Positions 24,169 to 35,021 of a stretch of DNA of 35,251 nt are shown here, piece by piece (the stretch's first letter is position 1; the number at the start of each line of letters is the position of its first letter). Made by a program: the position numbers and the translations under genes. Under the pieces are notes generated by a model. It ran no database searches and was not told the DNA's origin. It saw nothing but the letters and a program-made list of their open reading frames with translations. The DNA is from Spirochaetaceae bacterium (GTDB lineage: Bacteria > Spirochaetota > Spirochaetia > DSM-27196 > SLAA01): the NCBI GenBank assembly GCA_003552665.1, contig PUNW01000166.1, positions 1 through 35,251 on the forward strand, given 5' to 3'.

Positions 24169-26346
24169 TCAACGCTCCAAACCCTCGTATTGAAACTTGT
24201 ACAGCGTGGAGTACAGCCCGCTGTTCTGCAGCAGCTCCCAGTGCGTACCCTGCTCCACGAGCTCCCCGTGTGCCAGCACCAGGATCCGATCGGCGTGTTT
24301 AATTGTGGAAAGCCGGTGCGCGATCACGACTGCGCTGCGCCCGGCAAGCACGTGTTTCAGCGCCTGTTGTATCAGCACCTCGGTCTCGGTGTCGATATTG
24401 GCTGTTGCCTCGTCCATGATCAGGACCGGAGGATCATGCGCCAGCACCCGGGCGAAGGCTATCAGTTGGCGCTGGCCGGTTGAGATCACGGTGGCCCCCT
24501 CGTTCAACGGGGTGTAGTACCCATGCGGCAAGCGTTCAATGAACTCGGATGCCTGAGCGGTACGCGCAGCCTCGACAACCTGATCATCACTGAACGGCTT
24601 GCCCAAACGAATATTCTCGGCGACCGTATCGTCGAACAGGAACACATCCTGTTGAATGGGTTGTATCGCCGAGCGCAGCTCGGAGAGCGGTAGGTCGCGG
24701 ATATCGATGCCGTCAAGTAAGATGCGCCCTTCATCGACGTCCCACAGCCTGGTGAGCAGATTGGCGATGGTTGTCTTGCCGGCTCCGGTGAATCCCACGA
24801 TCGCAACTGTTTCGCCGGGCTTGACATGAAAGCTGAGGTCCCGCAACACCGGTTCTCCCGGTACGTACTGAAACGATACATGCTCGAACACCAGCTCTCC
24901 GCGCACCGGCCGGGGCAGGCGCTGCACCCCGTTGTCGGGCACGCGGTCGTCCTGATCGAGCACCGAGAACACCCGTTCTCCTCCCGCCATCGCACTCTGC
25001 AGGAGATTGAACTTCTCGGCGATATCCATTACCGGCCGGTAGAACATGCGCACCAGGTTCAGAAAAGCGATGAGCACGCCGAGCGTAACCAGACCGTCGA
25101 GATAGAAGCGTGCTCCGAAGAACACCACCGCCGCGATCGAAGTGGTCGATAGCAGGTCGATCAGCGGACGAAAAGTCGCGAATACGTACATCTCGCCGAG
25201 ATTGGCATCCAGCAGCTCGCGATTGCGCCGCTCAAACCGGCGGTCTGTCCGCTCCTCCTTCACGAACATCTGTACGATCGCCATTCCGGAGATGTGCTCC
25301 GAAAGGAATGCGTTTACGTTGGAGACCGCATGCCGCACGCGGCGAAACGCGTTGCGCGCTCGAACCCTGAAGACCAGTGTCAGCACGAGCACCGGGGGTA
25401 GGGTCAGCACCACTACCGTAGCGAGCCGTGGATTGAGCAGGTACAGCGTGATTACGACCCCGATCATGATCGCGACGTCTTTCAGCAGGTTAACCAGTAC
25501 CTGGGTGAACAGCTCGTTGATCGTCTCTACGTCGTTGGTGAGCCGGGTGACAATCTTCCCAACCGGATTGTGATCCAGAAAACGCAGCGCCTGATGGACG
25601 GTATGATCGAAAAGCCGCATCCGCAGGTCCTTCATCACACCTTGGCCGACGTAGGCGGTGAGGTAGGTTTGAGCGAAGGTGAATATAAGAACAAACACGA
25701 GCACGCCGAGGAACAGGAAGCTGACGCGAACCACCCCGTCGATGTCATGGCTGCGAAGCCGGCGCAAATCTTCCTCCGGCAGCTGTTCGAGCACCGCGGT
25801 CGGCACGGCTCCGGTTTCGGCGTTTTCGCCGATCAGCTCGTCTCCGGCGGCCTCGCGCGTCTCCTCGCTTAGTGGAAACAGGTAGTAGCCGGCGTGATCG
25901 AGAATACCGTGCTCGCGCAGCACCTCCTGCTCGGCTCCCGAAAGCCGCTGGGCCTCGCTTTCGAGCGCGTACAACGCCTCACCGAGCCGGACATACGTAA
26001 TCTGGTTGGCCTCGAGCAGCGCAACGATCGAATCAGGATGCAGGCTGTCGGCCGGGAAATCGGCGGGAGGCGGGCGGTCTTCTTCGCGCAGCTGCTGTTC
26101 CACCTCGGCTGCCTGTTCGAGATCAAAGCGTCGGTGGGTCGCAAGTAGGTGCTCATCAACGGCGCGCTGCAGCATGACCGGTAGCAGGAGCTCACCGGCA
26201 GTCGAGATTGCCAGGGCAAGCAACGCGAGGATCGCGGCCAGTTTGTAAGGACGTGCGAAGCCCAGGATCCTGCGCATTACCACCGGATCATAACCTTTTG
26301 CGACTTGTTCCTGTTCAAGCGGCCCTTGCGCGTGTTGTCCTCGCAT
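24169..26346 (-). CDS. ABC exporter, fused TMD-NBD half transporter (MdlB/YheH-like)
   Basis: GFTGAGKT, ISTGQRQLIAFAR, LIMDEATA, IAHRLST; long extracytoplasmic loop after TM1. Confidence 0.95.
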   Translation of the reverse strand: MRGQHAQGPLEQEQVAKGYDPVVMRRILGFARPYKLAAILALLALAISTAGELLLPVMLQRAVDEHLLATHRRFDLEQAAEVEQQLREEDRPPPADFPADSLHPDSIVALLEANQITYVRLGEALYALESEAQRLSGAEQEVLREHGILDHAGYYLFPLSEETREAAGDELIGENAETGAVPTAVLEQLPEEDLRRLRSHDIDGVVRVSFLFLGVLVFVLIFTFAQTYLTAYVGQGVMKDLRMRLFDHTVHQALRFLDHNPVGKIVTRLTNDVETINELFTQVLVNLLKDVAIMIGVVITLYLLNPRLATVVVLTLPPVLVLTLVFRVRARNAFRRVRHAVSNVNAFLSEHISGMAIVQMFVKEERTDRRFERRNRELLDANLGEMYVFATFRPLIDLLSTTSIAAVVFFGARFYLDGLVTLGVLIAFLNLVRMFYRPVMDIAEKFNLLQSAMAGGERVFSVLDQDDRVPDNGVQRLPRPVRGELVFEHVSFQYVPGEPVLRDLSFHVKPGETVAIVGFTGAGKTTIANLLTRLWDVDEGRILLDGIDIRDLPLSELRSAIQPIQQDVFLFDDTVAENIRLGKPFSDDQVVEAARTAQASEFIERLPHGYYTPLNEGATVISTGQRQLIAFARVLAHDPPVLIMDEATANIDTETEVLIQQALKHVLAGRSAVVIAHRLSTIKHADRILVLAHGELVEQGTHWELLQNSGLYSTLYKFQYEGLER

Positions 26347-26373
26347 GCTCTTATTCTCGCGGCAGCAGCGCTG

Positions 26374-28116
26374 CTAGTGGTGCAGCTGCTTCTCAAGCTG
26401 TTGGATCGTATAGATCTCGCGATAAAACCCGTCGGTCCGGATCAGCTCGTGGTGAGTCCCGCTCTGGGTGATGCGTCCTTCGTCAAGTACGATGACGTTG
26501 TCGGCGCGTTGCAAGGTTGAAACACGGTGTGAGACGATCACCGTGGTCTTGCCCTTGCGGAACTCCAGCAGACCGGTGAGGATTCGTTCTTCGGTTTCGG
26601 TGTCCACCGCCGAAAGGGAGTCATCGAGGATCATTATCTCGGGATCCTTAGCCAGTGCCCTGGCGATGGCAATACGTTGTTTCTGGCCTCCCGAGAGCGT
26701 GATACCGCGTTCGCCCACCACAGTGTCCCACCCATTCGGAAACAGCTCCAGATCACGATCGAGAGCCGCGATTTCGGCCACCCGGCGCAGCAGCGCATCG
26801 TCGGCCTCCTCGAGCGCAAAGGCCAGATTCTCGCGGACGGTTGTCGAAAACAGAAAGCCGTCCTGGGGAACCACGCCGAACAGTGCGCGCAGGTTCCCGA
26901 GCTCATACTCTTCGACCGGCACCCCGCCGACCAAAACACTTCCCGGCGGCGGGTCGATCAGGCGCGGCAAGGTCTTGACGAGCGTAGTCTTGCCGCTTCC
27001 GGTGCGGCCGAGAACGCCGATGCTGTGCCCGGGTTTCACCGTAAATGTGACCTCGGCCAGCACATCCGGGGTGTCTTCCTGGTAGCGGAAACTGAGCGAG
27101 TTGACCTCGATCCCGGTGTGTGCAGCAGTACGGCGGCCGTCCGGCGGACTGACGATCTCAGGCTCTTCACGCAGCACCTGATTGATCCGCGCGAGCGAGG
27201 CCGCGCCGCGTTGAATTACATTTACGGTAAACCCCGCACCGATCATAGGCCAGGTGAGCATCTCGAGGTAGTTCAGGGTGGCGACAAACTCACCCGGGGT
27301 GAAGCCGAGCATGATCACCGACTCACCGCCCACACGCAGCAAAATCAGCATCGTCAGTCCCGACAGGAAGGTGACTGCCGGCATGAAAAGGCCCCAGATT
27401 ATGACGAGCTCAAGGTTGCGCCGCTGATAGTCATAGTTGGCCGCGCCGAACCGTCGCAGGAAGTAGTTTTCCTTTACGAAGCTCTTGATTACGCGAATAC
27501 CGGTGAAGGTTTCCTGTGTGTTCTCGCTGAGCCGCGAGAACCCCTCCTGAACGCGTTTGAAACGCCGGCTGATGGTGCGCCCGAGGCTGACGATGAGAAT
27601 CGAGATCAGTGGGAGGGGCAAAACGGTCAGCAATGCCATCGGCGGCATCTGTACAAACAGAATGACGAGAATCGCGAGGGTCATGAAGATGCCGTCGGCG
27701 GCGGCGACGAGCGCCATCCCGCTCGCCATACGAATCGCCTGCAGGTCGTTTGTGGCGCGCGCCATCAGATCGCCGGTGCGCGTGCGCGCATAGTACGATG
27801 GGTCGAGCTTCAACAGGTGTTTGAACAGATCGCCGCGCAGCTCCACCTCAATCCGCCGTGAGGCCCCGTGGATGAAGTATCGCCAGCCGAAGCGACCGAC
27901 CGCAATGATCGCTGCGAGTGTGCAGAGCTGGAGCATCAGACGGGTGATCGCGCGAATTTGGAAATCACCGGCGGCGATCTCATCAATTGCGATCCGCAGC
28001 AGCTGCGGAATGAACAGTTGTCCCCCGCTCGTGATCGCCAGGGCGGCCAAGCCCACGATGTAGAACCGCAGGTATCTGCGCATGTACGGCAGCAGCGTGC
28101 GGTACTCGGTTATCAC
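26374..28116 (-). CDS. ABC exporter, fused TMD-NBD half transporter (MdlA/YheI-like)
   Basis: GRTGSGKT, LSGGQKQR, degenerate Walker B ILDDSLSAVD typical of heterodimer partners. Confidence 0.95.
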   Translation of the reverse strand: MITEYRTLLPYMRRYLRFYIVGLAALAITSGGQLFIPQLLRIAIDEIAAGDFQIRAITRLMLQLCTLAAIIAVGRFGWRYFIHGASRRIEVELRGDLFKHLLKLDPSYYARTRTGDLMARATNDLQAIRMASGMALVAAADGIFMTLAILVILFVQMPPMALLTVLPLPLISILIVSLGRTISRRFKRVQEGFSRLSENTQETFTGIRVIKSFVKENYFLRRFGAANYDYQRRNLELVIIWGLFMPAVTFLSGLTMLILLRVGGESVIMLGFTPGEFVATLNYLEMLTWPMIGAGFTVNVIQRGAASLARINQVLREEPEIVSPPDGRRTAAHTGIEVNSLSFRYQEDTPDVLAEVTFTVKPGHSIGVLGRTGSGKTTLVKTLPRLIDPPPGSVLVGGVPVEEYELGNLRALFGVVPQDGFLFSTTVRENLAFALEEADDALLRRVAEIAALDRDLELFPNGWDTVVGERGITLSGGQKQRIAIARALAKDPEIMILDDSLSAVDTETEERILTGLLEFRKGKTTVIVSHRVSTLQRADNVIVLDEGRITQSGTHHELIRTDGFYREIYTIQQLEKQLHH

Positions 28117-28922
28117 GACGCTCCCTTGTTCTGCAGCGATGGTTCGGGTTCGGCTGGAAAGCCGGGCAAGGTGCGTTTGTCCTCCGCCTGCCAGGCCTCC
28201 ACTTGAGAGCGGATGCGCTCGTGCGCATCGCTGAGAAGCGCAGCGATCTCGCGCTTGTCGGCCGGGGTAGGATATACGTTCACGATACGCGCACGGTAGC
28301 AGGTGTTACGCATCCGCTTTGCGAGCTGGTTCAGATGCGAAAACCGGTATCCTCCGTCGAGTGCGATTGCGATGACCGGCATCCGGTGCGCTTCAAGCAC
28401 ACGGCGCACCGCGCCGGAGTTGAATTGCCGCACCGTCCCGGTCCGCGAGCGAGTGCCTTCGGGGAACACAACCGGCGAGTTGCCGTGCGCGGCGCGCCGT
28501 CCCAGGCTGCGTAGCTGATTCATCGTGGTCTGGAAATCGCTGCGCCGGTCGATCAGTGCGTGGCGCTGCACGCGCAGGACATGCGAAACCGCGGGGAACC
28601 AGTTCTTGAGCTCGCGCTTGGCCACGAAGCGCAGGGCGTGATCCGGCAGGACGACCATCAGCAGGGGGATATCGACCAGACTCTGGTGGTTTGCAACCAC
28701 AAGCGCCGGTTTAGGCAGCGGGTTCTCGACTGCCGAGTTGATCTCGAACTCCAGTCCGGCGTAGAGCCCGGCCATCGTGAACAGCTTATGGGCCATCGCG
28801 GCGACGTTTCTATCGATGTAGCTGCGCGTTCTGCGGTAGCTGAAAACGGTGCCGAGCTTGAACCGGAGATCCCAGAACAGGAGCTGTGCGAGGAGGCAAA
28901 TTAAGAAAACAACACTACCCAT
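28113..28922 (-). CDS. Lysophospholipid acyltransferase (PlsC family)
   Basis: NHQSLVD, FVAKREL, FPEGTRS; start uncertain. Confidence 0.9.
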   Translation of the reverse strand: MGSVVFLICLLAQLLFWDLRFKLGTVFSYRRTRSYIDRNVAAMAHKLFTMAGLYAGLEFEINSAVENPLPKPALVVANHQSLVDIPLLMVVLPDHALRFVAKRELKNWFPAVSHVLRVQRHALIDRRSDFQTTMNQLRSLGRRAAHGNSPVVFPEGTRSRTGTVRQFNSGAVRRVLEAHRMPVIAIALDGGYRFSHLNQLAKRMRNTCYRARIVNVYPTPADKREIAALLSDAHERIRSQVEAWQAEDKRTLPGFPAEPEPSLQNKGAS

Positions 28923-29023
28923 AGACCGTGCAAATCTACCGCGAATGCGCCGAAATGGAAAGTAGCGTCGAGGAGGACGAGACGTTTGGTGCTTCGACTC
29001 TACGGCGATGGCCGCGCATCGTC

Positions 29024-29052
29024 TTGACATGCCGTAAGTTATCTGGTAGCTT
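29024..29052 (+). promoter_or_regulatory. Putative rpsT promoter
   Basis: TTGACA-17 bp-TAGCTT with TG at the extended -10 position. Confidence 0.65.
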
Positions 29053-29114
29053 GAGCCACCTGTACAATCGGTACGGAAATCCACGGTAAGAGACTGTTAC
29101 GAAGGAGTTGACTA

Positions 29115-29381
29115 TTGGCTGAATATGGACCTGCGGCGAAGCGGCACCGCCAGAGTCTCAAGGCGCGGCTGCATAACCGTTCGATTCGCAGCCGCGTTCG
29201 GACGGCGCAACGAAGCTGCCTGCATGCAATTGAAGCGAAAGACAAAGACCTTGCGGAGCAACGCTATCGCGAGCTTGCGAAGCTTATCGACACGGCCGCC
29301 GGAAAAGGGGTGTTCCACAAGAATACCGCCGCCAGAACCAAGTCCCGACTGAGAAAGAAACTGGATTCATTACTCGTGTGA
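29115..29381 (+). CDS. rpsT: 30S ribosomal protein S20
   Basis: AKRHRQS, N..IRSRVRT, GKGVFHKNTAARTKSRL; TTG start after AAGGAG. Confidence 0.95.
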   Translation: MAEYGPAAKRHRQSLKARLHNRSIRSRVRTAQRSCLHAIEAKDKDLAEQRYRELAKLIDTAAGKGVFHKNTAARTKSRLRKKLDSLLV

Positions 29382-29501
29382 CCCTTGCGTGAGCCTGACC
29401 GGGCTCATGTGAGCAGGCTGTGAACTACGAGCACACGGTGCAGTATGAGTGCGTGGCAGATTCGGAAGCGCAACGACTGAGAGCGTAGCGAGGTAGCAAG
29501 C

Positions 29502-29804
29502 GTGTCGGACTCAAAGCTGACGAAGGCGGAGATCGTAGAGTCAATCTCCGAAGAATGTGACGTTAGCAAGAAAGACATCCAACGGATCATCGACCTGTTC
29601 TTCGACGAGGTGAAGAGCGCCTTGAAGCAGGATCGCGTGGTTGAGTTCCGTGGGTTCGGCACCTTCGAGGTGCGCACCCGCAAAGGGCGTGAAAAAGCAC
29701 GAAATCCAAAGACCGGCGACACTGTTCAAGTGCAGCCCCACGGCGTGGTGGTCTTCCGCCCCGGCCGGGAGCTCAAGGAAGCGGTGTGGAGCATCCGCCG
29801 GTAA
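29502..29804 (+). CDS. HU/IHF-family DNA-binding protein (Hbb-like by synteny)
   Basis: LTKAEIV, EFRGFGTFEVR, ARNPKTG, FRPGRELK. Confidence 0.95.
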   Translation: MSDSKLTKAEIVESISEECDVSKKDIQRIIDLFFDEVKSALKQDRVVEFRGFGTFEVRTRKGREKARNPKTGDTVQVQPHGVVVFRPGRELKEAVWSIRR

Positions 29805-29863
29805 CGAATTGACATTCAGGCATACCTGTAGGAGAATGAGGTTACCGAGCGGGTGAGGTGGGT

Positions 29864-30589
29864 ATGGAGCCGAAAGGCAAGATTCTAATTGCCGATGATG
29901 AGCAGATCAACCTCGAGTTCTTCGATGTAATGCTGTCGAAGCTGGGATTTGAGGTGGAGACAGCCGAAGACGGGGAGATGGCGCTCGAGAAGGTTCGCGA
30001 AACCGAGCCCGATCTGGTGATTCTCGAGAATATCATGCCGAAGATGTCCGGCTGGGAGGTCACGCGCATGCTCAAGACTGACGATGAGTATGCCGCCTAC
30101 CGCAATACTCCCATCATCATGTTTTCGGCGATGCATGATGTGAAGGACAAGATCGAGGGGTTCGAGCTCGGCATTGAAGACTACATAACCAAGCCGTTCA
30201 ACTTCTCAGAGGTTCTCGCACGCATCCGTGCAGTGCTTCGCAGCCGCGAGTTATCGGAACAGGTAGTACAGCGGGAACGCCGTATCGCGCTGATTGAAAC
30301 GTTGAACAAATCGCTGGTATATTTCACTACGCACCTGCGACTGCCGGTGAAAGATCTGCTGCAGTCGGCGGCAACCCTTGACCCGCGGGATGTCGAGGCG
30401 GTAAAGTCCTTTGTCGAACAGGTCAAGCGGGAGTCTGAAACAACCTTGGCGGCGCTGGACGGGCTCGAGGACGAGATCCAGGATCTGCTGACAAAAGGCG
30501 ACGAGCTGAAATCGCAAGAGCTTACCCTTGATTTGCTTGAAGAAAAGTATCAGAAACACTTCGAACAATACCGGCAGAGCGCAACGTAA
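29864..30589 (+). CDS. Receiver-domain protein with coiled-coil C-terminus; Glu at the phosphoacceptor position
   Basis: ILIADDE, PDLVILENIMP, MFSA, DYITKPF. Confidence 0.88.
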   Translation: MEPKGKILIADDEQINLEFFDVMLSKLGFEVETAEDGEMALEKVRETEPDLVILENIMPKMSGWEVTRMLKTDDEYAAYRNTPIIMFSAMHDVKDKIEGFELGIEDYITKPFNFSEVLARIRAVLRSRELSEQVVQRERRIALIETLNKSLVYFTTHLRLPVKDLLQSAATLDPRDVEAVKSFVEQVKRESETTLAALDGLEDEIQDLLTKGDELKSQELTLDLLEEKYQKHFEQYRQSAT

Positions 30590-30603
30590 GGCGCGGATAC
30601 CAC

Positions 30604-31026
30604 ATGGCACGTGACAGCAGCATGCGGAGCATTCCTCGAACCACCACCCGGCTGAGTTCCGGCACGGTGTTCAAGGGCAAGATGAAATTTACCGATTCGG
30701 TAAGTATCGGCGGACGGTTCGAGGGTGAGATTCGCTCGAGCGGGTTTCTCTACATCGAAGAGGGCGCCGAGGTGCATGCCGACGTCTTCGCTGAGACGGT
30801 CATAATCGCCGGCACGGTACGCGGCAGCGTGCTCGCAACCGCCAGGCTGGAGATGCTTTCAACCGGTCGCATCTACGGCGATGTGAAAGCGTCCAAGCTG
30901 AGAATTGCCGACGGAGTCGTGTTCGAGGGCAAGTGCCGGATGCTGCGCAATGCCGACGCTGTGGACATTTTCGCGGCACCGGTGGAACAGCTGAAGGAAG
31001 GCACTCCGCGCGTTGTGTCTTCGTGA
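30604..31026 (+). CDS. Bactofilin (second copy)
   Basis: GTVFKG, IGGRFEGEI, IIAGTVRGSV, LRIADGVVFEG. Confidence 0.9.
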   Translation: MARDSSMRSIPRTTTRLSSGTVFKGKMKFTDSVSIGGRFEGEIRSSGFLYIEEGAEVHADVFAETVIIAGTVRGSVLATARLEMLSTGRIYGDVKASKLRIADGVVFEGKCRMLRNADAVDIFAAPVEQLKEGTPRVVSS

Positions 31027-31122
31027 CCTTTTGGATGCGGATCGTGGGCCGCCGGGTGGGGGAAGGCGGCCCACGGAAGCGATAATTGGGAAGAGCTGCG
31101 GTCGGAGCGGCACCGCCGCAGG

Positions 31123-31151
31123 TTGACAGGGAAGCGCGGGCGCTCTATAGT
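31123..31151 (+). promoter_or_regulatory. Putative rho promoter
   Basis: TTGACA-17 bp-TATAGT, giving a leader of about 135 nt. Confidence 0.75.
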
Positions 31152-31292
31152 TTAAGGTGCGCGCCGCAGAGGACATCCCGATAAAAAGCACATTTCAACG
31201 TAAGCTCGACTATATCACATGACATCAGTGGCTGCCGAAGTTCGAATTCGCAGATGTGTTCTCATAACAATTAATTAGAACTGGAGTTTCTC

Positions 31293-32954
31293 ATGGCTAC
31301 GACATCCAACGACCACGAAAACGAGCTCAGCAACAACAGCGAATCCACACCCGCCAACGGCGAGAAGGGCGAAGGAAACGGCGCCACGGCCGAAACCTCG
31401 GAGCGCAAGTCCGGGCGAAAGAAGAAGGTCCGGGTGGCGTTGATCAAAGACTCGGACGCCAACGATCGCGAGAAGGCCGATAAGAACGAGAGTTCCGACG
31501 ACAGCGACCAGAGTTCCGGAACAGGGGACACAACTGCAACGGCGACGGTTGATCCGAGCGATATGCCGAAACCGGATCCTCGTGGAGGCCGGGAGGGGCC
31601 GCGTACGAAGCGCCACAATACCACCGATTTCCAGGCGATGCGCACCGGCGAGTCCGACCCGGAGAAGCTCGCTGAAAGCAAGACGTTGAGTATCAACGAC
31701 CTGACCAAGCTGAACATGAAGGAGCTGCGCACCGTAGGCTCGCGTATGGGGATAACCCAGGACAACCTGCTCGCGTTGAAGAAGCAGGAGGTTATCTTCG
31801 CTATCCTGAAAGCTCATACCGAGAAGAACGGGACGATCTACGCCTACGGCTCGCTTGAGATTCTGCCTGACGGGTACGGGTTTCTGCGTTCGCCGCAGAA
31901 CAGCTATCTGCCGGGTCCCGACGACATCTATATTTCGCCTTCGCAGATTCGACTGTTCAATCTCAAGACCGGAGATACGGTTTACGGTCAGATTCGACCG
32001 CCGAAAGAAGGCGAACGGTTCTTCGCGATGTTGCGGGTGGAGAGCGTCAACTTCGACAATCCGAGCGTGGCACAGACGCGCATTCCGTTCGATAACCTCA
32101 CGCCGCTGTATCCCGACGAGCGGCTGAACATGGAGACGCGTTCGGGCGACCCGTCAACGCGAATGATCAACCTGTTCTGCCCGATCGGCAAGGGTCAGCG
32201 TGGTCTGATCGTTTCTCCGCCGCGAACCGGAAAGACGGTATTGCTGCAGAAAATCGCCAACGCGATCACTGAGAATCAGCCCGAGGTGTTTCTCATCGTG
32301 TTGCTGATCGACGAACGGCCCGAAGAGGTTACCGATATGCAGCGCAACGTGCAGGCGGAGGTGATCTCGTCCACGTTTGACGAACAAGCGACCCGGCACG
32401 TGCAGGTAGCCGAGATGGTGCTTGAGAAAGCGCGCCGCCTGGTCGAGCACAAAAAGGATGTCGTGATTCTACTCGACTCCATCACTCGGCTGGCTCGCGC
32501 CTACAACCAGACGGTTCCCACTTCCGGTAAGATCCTCTCCGGCGGTGTTGATTCCAACGCGCTTCACAAGCCGAAGCGGTTTTTCGGCGCCGCGCGCAAC
32601 ATTGAAGACGGCGGCAGTCTTACGGTTGTGGCAACGGCCCTCGTTGAGACCGGCAGCCGCATGGACGAGGTCATCTTTGAGGAGTTCAAGGGTACCGGTA
32701 ATATGGAGATTATCCTCGATCGCAAGCTGGCGGACCGTCGCCTCTATCCGGCAATCAACATCAAGCGCTCGGGGACGCGTCGCGAGGATCTGCTGTTGAC
32801 CGACGAGGAGCTGCAGAAGATGTGGATTCTGCGGAAGGTCATCAATCCTATGGACGACGTTGAGATCGTCGAGTTGTTAGTTGACAGGATGGGTAAAACC
32901 AAGAATAATGAGGCTTTCCTGCGCTCGATGAACACTTCGGGTGTAAGTGACTGA
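31293..32954 (+). CDS. rho: Transcription termination factor Rho with N-terminal low-complexity extension
   Basis: [48 protein letters not shown]. Confidence 0.98.
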   Translation: MATTSNDHENELSNNSESTPANGEKGEGNGATAETSERKSGRKKKVRVALIKDSDANDREKADKNESSDDSDQSSGTGDTTATATVDPSDMPKPDPRGGREGPRTKRHNTTDFQAMRTGESDPEKLAESKTLSINDLTKLNMKELRTVGSRMGITQDNLLALKKQEVIFAILKAHTEKNGTIYAYGSLEILPDGYGFLRSPQNSYLPGPDDIYISPSQIRLFNLKTGDTVYGQIRPPKEGERFFAMLRVESVNFDNPSVAQTRIPFDNLTPLYPDERLNMETRSGDPSTRMINLFCPIGKGQRGLIVSPPRTGKTVLLQKIANAITENQPEVFLIVLLIDERPEEVTDMQRNVQAEVISSTFDEQATRHVQVAEMVLEKARRLVEHKKDVVILLDSITRLARAYNQTVPTSGKILSGGVDSNALHKPKRFFGAARNIEDGGSLTVVATALVETGSRMDEVIFEEFKGTGNMEIILDRKLADRRLYPAINIKRSGTRREDLLLTDEELQKMWILRKVINPMDDVEIVELLVDRMGKTKNNEAFLRSMNTSGVSD

Positions 32955-33009
32955 CAGACAGGCGTATTCATTACCGCACATGACCAGAGGCATTGATCAG
33001 GAGATACCC

Positions 33010-33255
33010 ATGAAGAAGGACATCCATCCGAACTATAGACCGGTGGTTTTCAAGGATACCGCCTCCGGGACGCTGTTTCTTTCGCGCTCCACAGTGGAGA
33101 CCAAAGAGACGGTCGAGTACGAAGGCAAAGAGTACCCGCTGTTTCAGGTGGAGATTTCCAGCGCGTCCCACCCGTTCTATACCGGCAAGCAACAGCTCGT
33201 TGACACCGCCGGGCGGGTTGAGCGCTTCAAGCGCAAGTACAACATCAAGACCTAA
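33010..33255 (+). CDS. rpmE2: 50S ribosomal protein L31, type B (no zinc ribbon)
   Basis: [25 protein letters not shown]; no cysteines; AGGAG RBS. Confidence 0.95.
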   Translation: MKKDIHPNYRPVVFKDTASGTLFLSRSTVETKETVEYEGKEYPLFQVEISSASHPFYTGKQQLVDTAGRVERFKRKYNIKT

Positions 33256-33323
33256 TCACCGTACCCTGCGAACCCCTGCGCGGCGTCGAACCGTGCGCCC
33301 GAGTTCGGTTACCGGGTATGCGG

Positions 33324-35021
33324 TTACGGGGACGCGCGGTGGCGGCGCTCTGTGCGCAGCGGTGCGACAATACCCGCCAGCACGATACCCAGGAACAACA
33401 CCGGCAGGTAATCTCCGAAGCGAGTGTAGAAGGTCAGCTGCGCAGGACGATAGACCGGAACGTTGGTGCGCAGATAACTCTCGGTAAACATCGGAAGGTC
33501 CGCCGTTACCCGCCCGTGCGGGTCGATGACGCTGGTCAGGCCCGAGTTCGTGGATCGCACCAGCGTGCGTCGATTTTCGACCGCGCGGAATCTCGCAGCG
33601 ACGAAATGCTGAGTTTGCGCTGAGTTGGTCTCCGACCATGCGTTGTTGGTGAGATTGATGAGCAGGTCCGCGCCCCGGAGGGTGAACTCCCGATTGATGT
33701 AGGCAAAGGCGTCTTCGAAACAGATCGGAGTAGCGAAACGGATCGGCTCACCGGGGTTCGCGCTGCTGTGCACCTCGGGGAACTCAAACACTCGATACTC
33801 CGGCCCCGGAGTCCAGGCGCCGTGCAGCCCCACGAGTTCCTGGTAAAACCAGCGCACGAACTCGTGCTCCCACAGCGGGATCGCTTCGGTGAACGGGACG
33901 AGATGGCGCTTCCCGTAAACCTGACGCTCCCGGCCGTCCTCGTCGAGCAGTATTGCCGCGTTGTAGCTCGCGTGCCGGCCGGTCTCCAGGTCCCACTCCA
34001 CATAGGGTGCGCCGGTAAGCAGCGGTACATCGATCTCGCGCACGAACTCGAGAAACGGATCGCCTTCGGGCCGGTTGCGATAGAACTCGCGGTCTTCGCG
34101 CACCGGCCGGTTGAGCGTCGTTTCGCTCCAGACCACGAGGTCCGGGTGGCCGGCGCCGCCCTCGGATTGGATTCCGGCGCGGGTGAGCTCCTGAGCGCGC
34201 CGAATACCGCGTTCTTCGGCGCCGCGCTCCCACGAATCGGTATTCTGTTGTACCAGCACCATGTCGATCTCGGCAAGCTTCGGATACTCGGTGCGAAGCC
34301 GGTGCACTCCGAACGCGCTCATGAACACCACGATCGCGGCAACCACTGCCACGGCAGCCGGCGCGTGAAACCGCGCTGTGGCCGCGGCGGGCAGTTGACG
34401 CCGGGGCGCTGCCAGCAGAGCCGAGATGGTCCCGAACCGGATTCCGTGCTCCGCCGGCCCGATCGGTTGCGGCGCGAGTGCTTCGTCGGTCGCGATTACG
34501 AGCTCCGCCAGGATAGTGTTCGCAGCGACGGCTACAAACGATAGTGCCCACACGCCGGTAATCTCAGCGTGCTGCAGCAGCAAGGGGTAGTCCGAGAGTG
34601 GGTAACCGGCAAGTCCCCAGGGGTAGCCGAGAAACCCGATTGATTTCAGATACTCGTAGGCCGTCCAGGCTGCGGCAAGCACAAACGGACGCAGATGCCG
34701 CGGGCTGTCGGCGAGGCGCCTCAGAAACGGGGCGAGGATGGCGTTGTACAGGATATACCCTATCGTGGGCCCGCCAATCGTCCAGATCGCGAACTCCCCG
34801 AAGTTTGCAAGCCAGTAGTTCGACAACGCCGTGGAAATGCCGCCGAAAACGGCGCCGAGCAGCGCCGCATCCCGCAGGCGCCGGGTTCGGATCAGTGCAA
34901 CGAAAAAAGGGGTGAGCGCGAGAAGGCTGAGCCACGGGACCCCGTAGGGAAACACCTCATTCGGCAGCGCGACGGCAAACAGAACCGCGGCTGCGATCGC
35001 ATTCACTATACTCATGCCCAT
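33324..35021 (-). CDS. lnt: Apolipoprotein N-acyltransferase
   Basis: GYPWG, VVWSET, YNAA, YGKRHLVPFTE, PICFEDAF, RAVENRR..RSTNSG; start uncertain (35024/35021/35015). Confidence 0.95.
   Translation of the reverse strand: MGMSIVNAIAAAVLFAVALPNEVFPYGVPWLSLLALTPFFVALIRTRRLRDAALLGAVFGGISTALSNYWLANFGEFAIWTIGGPTIGYILYNAILAPFLRRLADSPRHLRPFVLAAAWTAYEYLKSIGFLGYPWGLAGYPLSDYPLLLQHAEITGVWALSFVAVAANTILAELVIATDEALAPQPIGPAEHGIRFGTISALLAAPRRQLPAAATARFHAPAAVAVVAAIVVFMSAFGVHRLRTEYPKLAEIDMVLVQQNTDSWERGAEERGIRRAQELTRAGIQSEGGAGHPDLVVWSETTLNRPVREDREFYRNRPEGDPFLEFVREIDVPLLTGAPYVEWDLETGRHASYNAAILLDEDGRERQVYGKRHLVPFTEAIPLWEHEFVRWFYQELVGLHGAWTPGPEYRVFEFPEVHSSANPGEPIRFATPICFEDAFAYINREFTLRGADLLINLTNNAWSETNSAQTQHFVAARFRAVENRRTLVRSTNSGLTSVIDPHGRVTADLPMFTESYLRTNVPVYRPAQLTFYTRFGDYLPVLFLGIVLAGIVAPLRTERRHRASP

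Noticed and set aside
26374-28116. Degenerate Walker B (DD) and STGQ signature in the ABC pair
   Set aside because: This is the expected asymmetry of heterodimeric MdlAB/TmrAB-type exporters.
31293-31680. Long acidic/polar N-terminal extension of Rho
   Set aside because: Low-complexity N-terminal extensions or insertions are well known in Rho from many phyla.
33010-33255. Zinc-free L31 at the rho locus as a zinc-starvation paralogue
   Set aside because: A cysteine-free L31 next to rho is a normal housekeeping arrangement in several lineages, and I saw no Zur-like box.
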